A stretch of 64,000 nucleotides of DNA from Pseudomonadota bacterium (GTDB lineage Bacteria > Bdellovibrionota_B > Oligoflexia > Oligoflexales > RGVZ01). The notes beneath the pieces were generated by a model that searched no databases, had not been told where the DNA came from, and saw only the letters and a program-made list of their open reading frames with translations. The DNA lies in the NCBI GenBank assembly GCA_041178085.1, contig JBEGVZ010000026.1:1-64000 (forward strand), in the 5' to 3' direction. Position 1 is the first letter of the stretch; the number at the start of each line of letters is the position of its first letter. The position numbers and the translations under genes are program-made. Shown here one piece after another: positions 40,146 to 48,781 of this stretch.

Positions 40146-40226
40146 GTTCGTTTTTACCAGCTTGTCGGCCTTTTGACCAATCGTAAATCGCGGGAGCGAT
40201 AGCCGCAGGGCTGGCTGCCCCCTGTT

Positions 40227-40565
40227 TCACTTGTCCTGGTACGCTTGGAGGATGATTTGTGCTTCGGCCGTCAGGATCTGTATCGCCCGGGTGACGGCCT
40301 CTGATTTTTCGCCGCCAAGGGCCTGAAAAGCGCCCAGTTCGCATGCCAATTCCAGGGTGCGCATGGCGCCCTTGAGGTCATGTGCTTTTTGCCGCAGTGC
40401 CTGGGTATCCCCGCCGTCCAGCACCAGGGCTTTTTGCCCGTTTATGGTCTGACTCGCCCAGAGTTGAGCCACGTTGCTCATGGACACGATCTCCTGTCGA
40501 AGTTTTGTGCGTGGTGCCCCTGTAACCAATGTACAACGTTCGCCGTGATCGTCATGTATAATCAT
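40227..40565 (-). CDS. Small Hpt (histidine phosphotransfer)-like protein
   Basis: GDTQALRQKAHDLKGAM matches the Hpt AHxLKG pattern. Start uncertain (may be MSNVAQ). Confidence 0.55.
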   Translation of the reverse strand: MIIHDDHGERCTLVTGAPRTKLRQEIVSMSNVAQLWASQTINGQKALVLDGGDTQALRQKAHDLKGAMRTLELACELGAFQALGGEKSEAVTRAIQILTAEAQIILQAYQDK

Positions 40566-40581
40566 CCGGATGGCCCGGGGT

Positions 40582-42507
40582 ATGAAAATGTCAATTGGTG
40601 AAAAAAAATTTCGCCGCTCGCGTGCGGGTGTGGTTGCCGCTCTGATTGCGACGGCGTTCCTGCAGCAGATTCAGGCTTGTGGGCCGGCATTTCCAGATAC
40701 CGGACCGGGTGGAAATCCGGTCGACCCATCCGTCAGTCCCGGGCGTGACCGCGGCTATTTCGATCTTAGTGGCGAAAATGCCCAGCCACCCCCGCAAAAA
40801 AATGTTCCGGGCTCCTGGATCGTCGCCTTTCGTGCCAATGCCGCCCGCGAGTCATTGCATTTTGCAAACTTCGCAATGGAATCGCGCTTTCATCAAACGA
40901 CGCTGTCACGCTCTTTTGCATCGGACCCAAGGGTTAGGTCGGTTGATTTCATCACGGCACTCGACTTGTCGTCGCCAGAAATCGGATCGGAGTTGTCGGG
41001 GCTTCTGACGGGTAACGGTGTTTTTGGGGTGTTGCCTCCGCCCTCTTCAGTGGCTGCGGTTGCGAAGGTTGATTTTGCCTCGGATGACGAGGCGCGTTCT
41101 GTGTTGGGAGAGTGGGAAGCTGCGGGCAAGACATGGTTTGCAGAAGCCAACGGTATCAGTGATCTTTATGGCACGCTGGATGCCGCCGACGAGACTTTCA
41201 AAACCTGGGCAGCAGCTTACGACAAGACTGTCGTGCCCCACCTTGCGGTGACCAAGGTCGCCGCGGCTTTGGCCAGGTTTACCAATCCGGATCCTGAAAA
41301 GGACCTGGACAAGCCCGGTAATCAGGACATCCTCGATTCTCCGCCGATCATCGCAGTGATTGACAACGGCGTGGATTACGCGCACCCCCAACTGAAGAAT
41401 CAGATCTTCGAGAATCCCAGCCCGGGATCAAGTGGATGTTCAGACGATGTGCACGGATGCAATGTGACCGCAATGAAAGGCGGCAGCCTTGGCAACGGGG
41501 CAGTCTTGCCGGATGGTGTTTCCGGCGAGGGGCAGCCTTGTGATGGCGAAGATCGCAAATGTCCCCATGGAACCCACGTGGCCGGGATCATCGCGGCCGA
41601 GCCCGACGTTTCCGCAGGCACGGTCGGTGCCCCGGCCGGAGTCTGCCCGTTTTGCAAGATCCTGCCCGTCAAGGCGACTTCCGCTGGTGGTGGCATCACC
41701 GATGCGTCGCAACTTGCGGGTTTGAAGTATGTCTCGCTATTCAGGGGGCGGTACGGCAACGCGATCCGCGTTGTGAACGCCTCCTTTGGGCAGTTCACCC
41801 GCAACCGCGCCATCGCGGTCATGGTTGCAACGTTGCGCAGAGCCGGAAACGGAATTGTGGTCGTCAGCGCGGCAGGAAACGAGGATACCATGTTGCGGGC
41901 TTATCCCGCGGCACTTCAGGACGCCGTCGCCGTAGCTGCCCTTGACTCCAATAACTCCAAGGCATCGTCCAGCAATTTTGGCAGCTGGGTGGATATCTCG
42001 GCTCCTGGTGTCGAGATTGAATCAACGGCACCGGGCGGCGGCAGCGTCCCCAAAAGCGGCACATCCATGGCCGCGCCGGTGGTGGCAGGCGTCATGGGGC
42101 TCATGGTGGCATACAAGCCAGGCATCTCGGCGGCGGATCTAATCGGACGCATCACGTCGACGGCGGATCCCGGCATTTACCGGGGAGACGATGAGAGCAA
42201 TCTCAATTACCGTTTCTACTACGCCCGGATCGGCGGTGAAGTCGTCCCGCGGCCCTTGCTGGGAGCCGGTTTGGTTCAGGCGCAGGGCACTTTGCAGAAT
42301 GTTCCCACTGGTGCCTTCACTTCAGCCAGAATCCAGCGAGTGACACCAGGCTGTGGCATCGTTTTCGATCCGCAGGGTAAACCGCGGAATTCCTGGGATC
42401 TGGGTTTGCTTGCCTTGTTGTTGGTTGCTCCGTTTTACGCGGCTAGTCGCCATGCACGCCGGGCCTTGCGCGCACAACGCCGCGTAAAGGAGGCCCCATG
42501 GGGGTAA
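40582..42507 (+). CDS. S8 family serine peptidase (subtilase) with C-terminal membrane anchor
   Basis: Catalytic triad VIDNG / HGTHVAG / GTSMAAP. C-terminal GCGIV...LLALLLVAPF..RHARR anchor. TATAAT at 40557. Confidence 0.92.
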   Translation: MKMSIGEKKFRRSRAGVVAALIATAFLQQIQACGPAFPDTGPGGNPVDPSVSPGRDRGYFDLSGENAQPPPQKNVPGSWIVAFRANAARESLHFANFAMESRFHQTTLSRSFASDPRVRSVDFITALDLSSPEIGSELSGLLTGNGVFGVLPPPSSVAAVAKVDFASDDEARSVLGEWEAAGKTWFAEANGISDLYGTLDAADETFKTWAAAYDKTVVPHLAVTKVAAALARFTNPDPEKDLDKPGNQDILDSPPIIAVIDNGVDYAHPQLKNQIFENPSPGSSGCSDDVHGCNVTAMKGGSLGNGAVLPDGVSGEGQPCDGEDRKCPHGTHVAGIIAAEPDVSAGTVGAPAGVCPFCKILPVKATSAGGGITDASQLAGLKYVSLFRGRYGNAIRVVNASFGQFTRNRAIAVMVATLRRAGNGIVVVSAAGNEDTMLRAYPAALQDAVAVAALDSNNSKASSSNFGSWVDISAPGVEIESTAPGGGSVPKSGTSMAAPVVAGVMGLMVAYKPGISAADLIGRITSTADPGIYRGDDESNLNYRFYYARIGGEVVPRPLLGAGLVQAQGTLQNVPTGAFTSARIQRVTPGCGIVFDPQGKPRNSWDLGLLALLLVAPFYAASRHARRALRAQRRVKEAPWG

Positions 42508-42944
42508 GCCTGGCGCTGGTTTTTCATCTCGCCTCCGCCCTTTTTGCTTGTGGGCTGGGCTGGTGGGGATTGAGGTTGCAGCGTGACATCCGATTCATGC
42601 GCCAGATGGTCGTCTGGGCTCAGGCGGATTTATCAGTAAAACCAGCCAGCAGGGTTGCTTGCACAGCTCCTGCGTTGATCCGGCGCATGGCCCGCGTCGC
42701 GGGTGTACTGGTCGCAGGTAAGCTTGCTGAAGAAAAGGGTTTTCCGGTTGTTGGCGTTGATCCACGGCCGCTTGCACAAATTTTTTTGCGGTACCCGGTA
42801 TCCTTGGTACAATTCTCTCATTCGACAGTAACGATTCTGATCCAGTCGGAAAAGGATGTGGGCCGGCCCGACGCGGGGCAACTCAAAGCATCCGTGGCGG
42901 GATCCGTCAGTTTTGAAGTCAGTTTTAGCGGGAGCACGACATGA
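42498..42944 (+). CDS. Hypothetical membrane-anchored protein
   Basis: N-terminal TM segment. GGAGG RBS. Overlaps both neighbouring genes. Confidence 0.5.
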   Translation: MGVSLALVFHLASALFACGLGWWGLRLQRDIRFMRQMVVWAQADLSVKPASRVACTAPALIRRMARVAGVLVAGKLAEEKGFPVVGVDPRPLAQIFLRYPVSLVQFSHSTVTILIQSEKDVGRPDAGQLKASVAGSVSFEVSFSGSTT

Positions 42945-44047
42945 AGCAGGTCATTCCATTCCAAGGATACCTTTTATTGATGCTCCTAAGCTTGCCTCTG
43001 CCGGCCTGCGTCAGCATGACATCCGGGGAAGGACCGTCAGCCGCAAGCGGTGCGCGTGCTCAAGATAACCGTGGGTCCGGTGCCCGGGAAGCGACAGGCA
43101 TGGACGAGCCTGTGGCTGCACCGGACCGGTCGCCAAGGGTCACCAGCGGAATGACTTTGGAACAGGCCATCGAAACGGCAATAAACTCCGGCGGCGAGTC
43201 CCTGGAGGATGCCCGGCGGTTGATCAGTCACAGAAGGCAGTGGGCTTCTGCTCACCGCATGATCGAGGCTGGAATCCGTGATGGAATCATCGCCTACGAT
43301 AATATCCGGCTTGCCAATTCCGTGGCTCTTTATCAATCCTCGCCATTACCGGCTTCCGTCCAGCTCTTTCAATCTCTGGTAACCTCGGGCCGTCCTGTTG
43401 CAAGGCAGCTGGGGTGGCAAATCGCGGCCGCGATGCCATCACGACCGATCGCTGCAGCAATGGACCAGGAACTTGGGCGGGCTGTGAGTGAAAGCGACGA
43501 GGCGTCGATCCTGATTCCCCAGATGGCCGTGGCGGTCCAGGCCAACAGATTGAAGTCTGCTTACACTTTGCTGCGTCAGGGTTTGATGCAGACTGGCCAG
43601 GAGGCGTTTGCACTGTCGATGGCAAACATCGATCCGACACGTGCGTCTGGTGACTTTCTTGACTATCTGTCGCTTGCATCGCCCGAGGAGCTTCGCCAAT
43701 TGACGCAAAATTCAGTGAATGTTTATACGTGCCTCATTGCCCTGAAACACATTTCTTCTTACCAGGCGCCGCTCTCGAATCCCAATTCCGAGCACTTGAT
43801 TTACTATGCCGTTTCTCGCAACAATGCGCTGGCCGACCTGGCGCAACAGGCGATCGAATCCTACTTGCCCAAGGACAGAGCTCAAGTTGCGATCATGATG
43901 TCCCGCATGCCCCAATGGGTCCAGATCGCTTATGTGGAAAGTGTCCGCCGTCGCAAGACGCCGGCTGTTGCCCTGCTCCTTGCTGAACTGAAGAAGATTA
44001 CTTCATCCAGCGATGTTGCCGAGGAAGTCGAGGAAGTGCTGCGCTGA
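42941..44047 (+). CDS. Hypothetical lipoprotein, helical-repeat-like
   Basis: Lipobox LPAC. Ala/Leu-rich helical sequence. Confidence 0.65.
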   Translation: MKQVIPFQGYLLLMLLSLPLPACVSMTSGEGPSAASGARAQDNRGSGAREATGMDEPVAAPDRSPRVTSGMTLEQAIETAINSGGESLEDARRLISHRRQWASAHRMIEAGIRDGIIAYDNIRLANSVALYQSSPLPASVQLFQSLVTSGRPVARQLGWQIAAAMPSRPIAAAMDQELGRAVSESDEASILIPQMAVAVQANRLKSAYTLLRQGLMQTGQEAFALSMANIDPTRASGDFLDYLSLASPEELRQLTQNSVNVYTCLIALKHISSYQAPLSNPNSEHLIYYAVSRNNALADLAQQAIESYLPKDRAQVAIMMSRMPQWVQIAYVESVRRRKTPAVALLLAELKKITSSSDVAEEVEEVLR

Positions 44048-44105
44048 TTGCCAGGTTTATTCAGGGCTGTTTTGTTGTGCGTTTTCGCCAACTAAAAATT
44101 TCCAC

Positions 44106-44132
44106 TAAAGTTTTTCGCCAAAATTCCGATAA
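44106..44132 (+). promoter_or_regulatory. Sigma28 (FliA)-like promoter
   Basis: TAAAG-N15-CCGATAA, near-consensus, 54 bp before ATG 44187. Confidence 0.65.
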
Positions 44133-44186
44133 GGCGAATCCTTGGTGGTTGCTGCTCGTTGGATCTATTGAACGGAAGGATGGCGC

Positions 44187-45389
44187 ATGGTTGCAAAGCG
44201 GAAACTGTTATCGTTGTGTCTAGTCATTTCAGCTACCGGGATTTCGTGTAAAAGCCTGGATGTAAGTCCCGATTCCGCTGACGTGAAAACCCTGGAAAAT
44301 TTCGCTGCCGGTGAGACGATCATCGAGAATGCTTGTGGCGCGGACCGCCTGTCTGATCCGATTGACGACAACGTAGCCGGGCTGATTGAGGGTCTGAGCC
44401 TGGTTCAGGCCAGTGAAAGCCGCAAGGAATCGCTGGCGACGGCAATGGGCTCCATGCCGGTGAACCTGCTGAACCTTTATTTCGCGACGGGCAATCGTAT
44501 CGTCGTCTCGGACAAAGCCTTCGACGGCAAGTCGGACGAAGGCATTGATGACTGCCAGATTGCCCGGCGTCAGGGCAGGGTGCTTGACGGGCGCGTCCGC
44601 ATTTCCGGGCGTCCTGAGCTCGAATCCTGTATCGTTTCGGAGAGCCAGGGCGACGGCCAGGTCCGCCTAGGCATCTACATCAAAGACAACGATGCTGCGA
44701 TCCGTCATGCGCTTGTACGCAGGATGAGCCAGGCAGTATCCATGCACCTCTCCCGCCTGGTTGCGGATCAAGAGGGCAAGCCTGCAATTGGTGAGTTTGA
44801 AGACGAATCTTTCGTGGGCTGGAAGTCTTCCCTTCTTACAGCCCTGGACAAGGACATCGCGGCGTTGCCAGCTGCTTCGACCAGCAATTACCGGAAGTTG
44901 CGTTCAAGTCTCAAGGCAGCTGAACTTGGCCATTACGCATTTGCCGAGGCGATGGACTCCTTCTACTGCAGTTCACGGACTCGCGAAAACATGAAAGCAA
45001 AGTTTCCAAGCGCCCATGCTGGATTCCTCGAACTGGACGCCGAACTTCGTCAGATCTGGTCCGAGCAGTCCCTCGATACGAAATCGACAGAGCTTGCCCT
45101 CGGTCCAGTCGGTCGGGTCCTTGTCGGTGCCGGGCGAGTCGGGATGTTTGCCGCGCGCGGAGTCGGCCGGGTAGGATATGGTGCTGCCCGCGTTGGTGCT
45201 GGTGTGGTTCGTGGCACCGGACGTGTTGCCTTCGGTGCAGCACGGTTCGCCGCTCGTGGAACAGGTGCTGTGATTCGCGGCGGTGCGAATGTGATCCAGG
45301 GCGTCGGTTCCGGAGTTAGCAACGCGATTGAGTACCGTCGTGGCTCCGGTTACGTGTTTCCCCGCATGCACGGTGTCTATCGTCGCTAA
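44187..45389 (+). CDS. Lipoprotein with ATLF/LFn-like domain and Gly/Arg-rich C-terminal tail (paralog of 58394-59848)
   Basis: Lipobox GISC. MPVNLLNLYFATGNRIVVSD and FAEAMDSFYCSSRTRENMKAKFPSAH blocks. ELAL followed by a 95-aa tail. Confidence 0.7.
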   Translation: MVAKRKLLSLCLVISATGISCKSLDVSPDSADVKTLENFAAGETIIENACGADRLSDPIDDNVAGLIEGLSLVQASESRKESLATAMGSMPVNLLNLYFATGNRIVVSDKAFDGKSDEGIDDCQIARRQGRVLDGRVRISGRPELESCIVSESQGDGQVRLGIYIKDNDAAIRHALVRRMSQAVSMHLSRLVADQEGKPAIGEFEDESFVGWKSSLLTALDKDIAALPAASTSNYRKLRSSLKAAELGHYAFAEAMDSFYCSSRTRENMKAKFPSAHAGFLELDAELRQIWSEQSLDTKSTELALGPVGRVLVGAGRVGMFAARGVGRVGYGAARVGAGVVRGTGRVAFGAARFAARGTGAVIRGGANVIQGVGSGVSNAIEYRRGSGYVFPRMHGVYRR

Positions 45390-45410
45390 AATCCAGGGTT
45401 GAAGTATCCT

Positions 45411-45869
45411 TCAGGCCGACAGTTGCTGCTTGCGTCGCACCGCGTCGGCCCATCTAGTCTTCTCTTCCCCGGTTTCCGGTGTGAACGGCACAAGTTCCAC
45501 CGGATTCCTGTTTTCATCCACGGAAACCATATAAAAAAAGCAAGTCATCACGTGGCGGCACTCGCCGTTTCGAGGATTCTCGGTGACCACCTTGATGCCG
45601 ATTTCCATCGATGTCTTGCCAACATAGTTAACCCGGGCCATGAACGTGGCAAGCTCGCCGACATGCACGGGCTGCTTGAATACCACCTTTTCCACCGCGA
45701 GAGTGACGGCATAACGCCCCGAATAACGGACAGCACAGGCGTATGCCACCTGGTCCAGTAACTTCAGCATTGCCCCGCCGTGCACGTTGCCAGAGAAATT
45801 CACCATGTCTGGCGTCATCAGAACCGTCATGTTCAGGTCGCGGGATTTGATTGATTCTTGATTCGCCAC
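45411..45869 (-). CDS. Acyl-CoA thioesterase (hotdog fold, YciA-like)
   Basis: NFSGNVHGGAMLKLLDQVA, F.QPVHVGE, GKTSMEIG. Confidence 0.92.
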   Translation of the reverse strand: MANQESIKSRDLNMTVLMTPDMVNFSGNVHGGAMLKLLDQVAYACAVRYSGRYAVTLAVEKVVFKQPVHVGELATFMARVNYVGKTSMEIGIKVVTENPRNGECRHVMTCFFYMVSVDENRNPVELVPFTPETGEEKTRWADAVRRKQQLSA

Positions 45870-45909
45870 GGGTACCTCCGGGGTTAGCTACTGGCACTTT
45901 GTCACGCAA

Positions 45910-45994
45910 CCCAAGTGGTGATCGGATGCGTTCCAGAAAATATGAGGTTCACCTCCCTGAAACCGGCAGCGGCAAGCTTCCGATGCACCACGGG
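45910..45994 (-). ncRNA. Candidate structured RNA / leader of unknown family
   Basis: Nested complementary segments forming a multi-stem rod (see findings). Confidence 0.3.
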
Positions 45995-46109
45995 AAATAG
46001 TTAAATTTCGGTCATTTGCCAAAACTTAGATGCCACCAGCAAGTTTACCTGCTGCCGGATCAACCGATACACACACTGGATTCCTTTTGAACCGTGCGGC
46101 CGTGATAGG

Positions 46110-47072
46110 GTGGGAGTGGTGTCGAATCAATCAAAAAACCAGCTGTCGTCACCGCAGATCCCTGCGAAGATCGGCCCCTACAAGGTCGTCGGGGAGATCG
46201 GTTCGGGGGGGCTTGGGCGGGTTTTTCGTGGTGTCGACGAGCGTAACGGAAACTCTGTTGCGATCAAAGTGCTGCACGACAAGTACGCACGCAACAGCAA
46301 GTTCCTTGGCATCTTCCATCGTGAATTGCTGATTGTATCCAGCCTGCACCACAAGCATATCGTCAGCTACCTGGGAAGTTTCTTCAATCCACCCAATTGC
46401 TACATCGTCACAGAGTTTGTGGATGGATGGTCAGGATATGCTTTCCTCAAGCTGGTGAAGAGAGTGCCCCCCCTGGTGGCATTATGCATCGTGATCGACA
46501 TGCTTCAGGGCATCGATCACCTGCACTTGCACGACACCATTCACTCGGATCTTTCTGCAGCAAACTACCTTGTCGATAAGCGTGGTCGCGTGCTGGTCAC
46601 GGACTTTGGGCTGGCTTGCCGTCTTGAAGTTGAGGACTACCGCAATTACATGATCGGAACCCCGGGATACTATTCGCCTGAGCATATTTCGAACGAGCCG
46701 ATCGTCCAGCAAACTGACATCTATTGTGCGGGGCTGATTTTATTTGAGCTGATAACGGGCCAGAAGATCGTGCCGGCATCGTCTGATCGCTTGCAGACCA
46801 TCGAACTGATGCGCCGTCTGAAGGTGACAACCCTTGGCCTGATGGACAAGAAGATGGACAAGGCGTTGTGCCAGCTGATCCGTACCGCCTTGCAATTTAG
46901 TGTTTCCCGTCGCTACCAGACGGCAGACCTGATGATGTTTGCTTGTTATGAGATCTTGAAACGTTACGGGATCCGATACGCACGACACGCGATCAAGCGC
47001 TTCCTGGTTGATCAGGCAATGGTCCCCGGGCCATATGAAGGCCACGAACAAAACATCTACCAGGGCCTGTAA
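46110..47072 (+). CDS. Hanks-type Ser/Thr protein kinase (kinase domain only)
   Basis: IGSGGLGRVF, VAIKVL, HRE, IHSDLSAANYL, TDFG, GTPGYYSPE, TDIY. Confidence 0.9.
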   Translation: MGVVSNQSKNQLSSPQIPAKIGPYKVVGEIGSGGLGRVFRGVDERNGNSVAIKVLHDKYARNSKFLGIFHRELLIVSSLHHKHIVSYLGSFFNPPNCYIVTEFVDGWSGYAFLKLVKRVPPLVALCIVIDMLQGIDHLHLHDTIHSDLSAANYLVDKRGRVLVTDFGLACRLEVEDYRNYMIGTPGYYSPEHISNEPIVQQTDIYCAGLILFELITGQKIVPASSDRLQTIELMRRLKVTTLGLMDKKMDKALCQLIRTALQFSVSRRYQTADLMMFACYEILKRYGIRYARHAIKRFLVDQAMVPGPYEGHEQNIYQGL

Positions 47073-48781
47073 TCATATAAAAATAACGTCCGGTGGCAAC
47101 TGGCGAGGGGATCCGATCCGACCTCCAGGGTGTTACCCAGGCTTCCGTCCGGTTTTACGCAAAGCATTTCGACTCCGGCCGGAGCGAATGCCTCAAAGCG
47201 CGGCGGGCGATCCTCACTTGTCAGAAGCGAAATGCCAGGTAATTTGCGAAACGTGGAGGCGTCCACTGACTGCCACTTGCCTGCTCGCGTGAATTCCGCG
47301 TCGCGGGTGATGCCGCGGATCTGCTGCACCGAAGCATCTGGCCGGTGTAACTTGATCATTGCAGTCCACTGGTATTTGTCGACGAACAGTGGTGTGTTGC
47401 GCTGGTTCCATCTGCCGGCAACAAAGTTTGCAATCGAACTGAATCCGCTGGTTTCCTCGCTGATGCGATCGGGCTTGCTGGAGATAGCGGCGCGGAGTTG
47501 TGGCTGGATCGCAAGCGTGGCGATGGCCAGCAGGATCAAAGCATTGCCAATGCCAGCCGGAAGCAGGGAGTGTTCAAGTCGGGGTTTTCGCTCTTCGCCC
47601 AGCGACCACGCAGGATGCAGGGCAGCGAGGATAGCAACTCCCGCAAATCCCATCGCTGGCCAGTTGGCTTCGACTTTGGTGAACGGTGCGAACAAGCCAA
47701 AGAATGCAAAGGGAACCCAGGCTGCCAACCTGGTGAGTGCCAGGGCCGGATCAGGTTTTTCTGACCTTGCCACTGGGCGCCTTGTTCTGCGTTCCCGGAA
47801 AATCATGATCGCTGCAGCCGGCAGGAGAAGTCCGGGAGCAGCTAGCTGACTGCCGAGGTATTCCCAGAACCATTTCGCACCTTGTTCCAGCTTTCCCTTC
47901 GTCCGCCTTGGAGGCGCCGGTTTGACCACTGCGGATCTTTTGCTGAGCACGGCATCGTATTGGGAGAAAAAACCAGCGAGTCTATCGTCCAGGCGGGAGT
48001 AAGGCAGTCGCGAAGGGGCTGGAGGTGGCTCAAATCCATCCTCCAGGGGGGCAGCTCCGTGATCACCGGCAAAACCATGGCGCAGCTGGAAGCCGAAAGT
48101 AGCCCATTGGTGCCGGGCGTTCCAGATCACGTGCGGCGAGAATACGAGTACCGCTGTCACCGTGGTCAGTGCGAAGGCACTGGCACGCCTTGTCAGCGGG
48201 ACTGTGCGCAGTGAGCGGTTGAAGAGCAGCATCCATGTGAAAATCAATGGCATCAGGGCAAAGGTATATTTTGCCAGCATCCCCAGACCGAAAAAGATTC
48301 CACAGGTGATCGCATTGAGCACGGGAAGCCGTTCCAGCGGTTTCATCAAACCATCGATCACCAGGATCGCGGCCAGCAGGGAAGCCGTCCAGAAAACCAT
48401 CAGGAATGCATCTGGAGTCAGCAAGACGCCACTGGCAATTCCGGCAAAGCTTGCGCAGAAAATGAAAACAGCAAGAGTTGGCTGCCGGGCTCCGAGGCGC
48501 CTCGCTACGGCATGCAGAGAGGCCGGAATGATCAGAGATGCAAGAAGTACCACTGGCAGGCGCATGATAAGGGGATTTGCAGAAAATTCTGGGCCAGCAA
48601 GGTCGCGTAACAATCCACCCAGGGCAACCATCGGCGGGTGGTCGAAATATCCCCATGAAAGATTTGTTGACCAGATGGCGTAATAGGCTTCATCCGTCGT
48701 AACGGGAAGTACGGCGGCAACCAGAAACCGGATCGCAAGCACGGCGACGACCCACAGCCATAAACGGGCGGACGGGATCAT
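47057..48781 (-). CDS. ArnT/GT39-like membrane glycosyltransferase
   Basis: DEAYYAIW...WGYFDHPPMV, TPDA, GLGMLAKYT, PHVIWN, EANW. Many TM segments. Confidence 0.88.
   Translation of the reverse strand: MIPSARLWLWVVAVLAIRFLVAAVLPVTTDEAYYAIWSTNLSWGYFDHPPMVALGGLLRDLAGPEFSANPLIMRLPVVLLASLIIPASLHAVARRLGARQPTLAVFIFCASFAGIASGVLLTPDAFLMVFWTASLLAAILVIDGLMKPLERLPVLNAITCGIFFGLGMLAKYTFALMPLIFTWMLLFNRSLRTVPLTRRASAFALTTVTAVLVFSPHVIWNARHQWATFGFQLRHGFAGDHGAAPLEDGFEPPPAPSRLPYSRLDDRLAGFFSQYDAVLSKRSAVVKPAPPRRTKGKLEQGAKWFWEYLGSQLAAPGLLLPAAAIMIFRERRTRRPVARSEKPDPALALTRLAAWVPFAFFGLFAPFTKVEANWPAMGFAGVAILAALHPAWSLGEERKPRLEHSLLPAGIGNALILLAIATLAIQPQLRAAISSKPDRISEETSGFSSIANFVAGRWNQRNTPLFVDKYQWTAMIKLHRPDASVQQIRGITRDAEFTRAGKWQSVDASTFRKLPGISLLTSEDRPPRFEAFAPAGVEMLCVKPDGSLGNTLEVGSDPLASCHRTLFLYDYRPW

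Noticed and set aside
44920..44940. AELGH in paralog A as a metalloprotease HExxH motif
   Set aside because: The first His is absent, and the segment is not at the aligned catalytic-helix position. Paralog B has no equivalent.
46044..46070. Sigma28-like site upstream of the kinase
   Set aside because: The -10 box CCGATAC is present, but the -35 (TTTAC) is too divergent to support.
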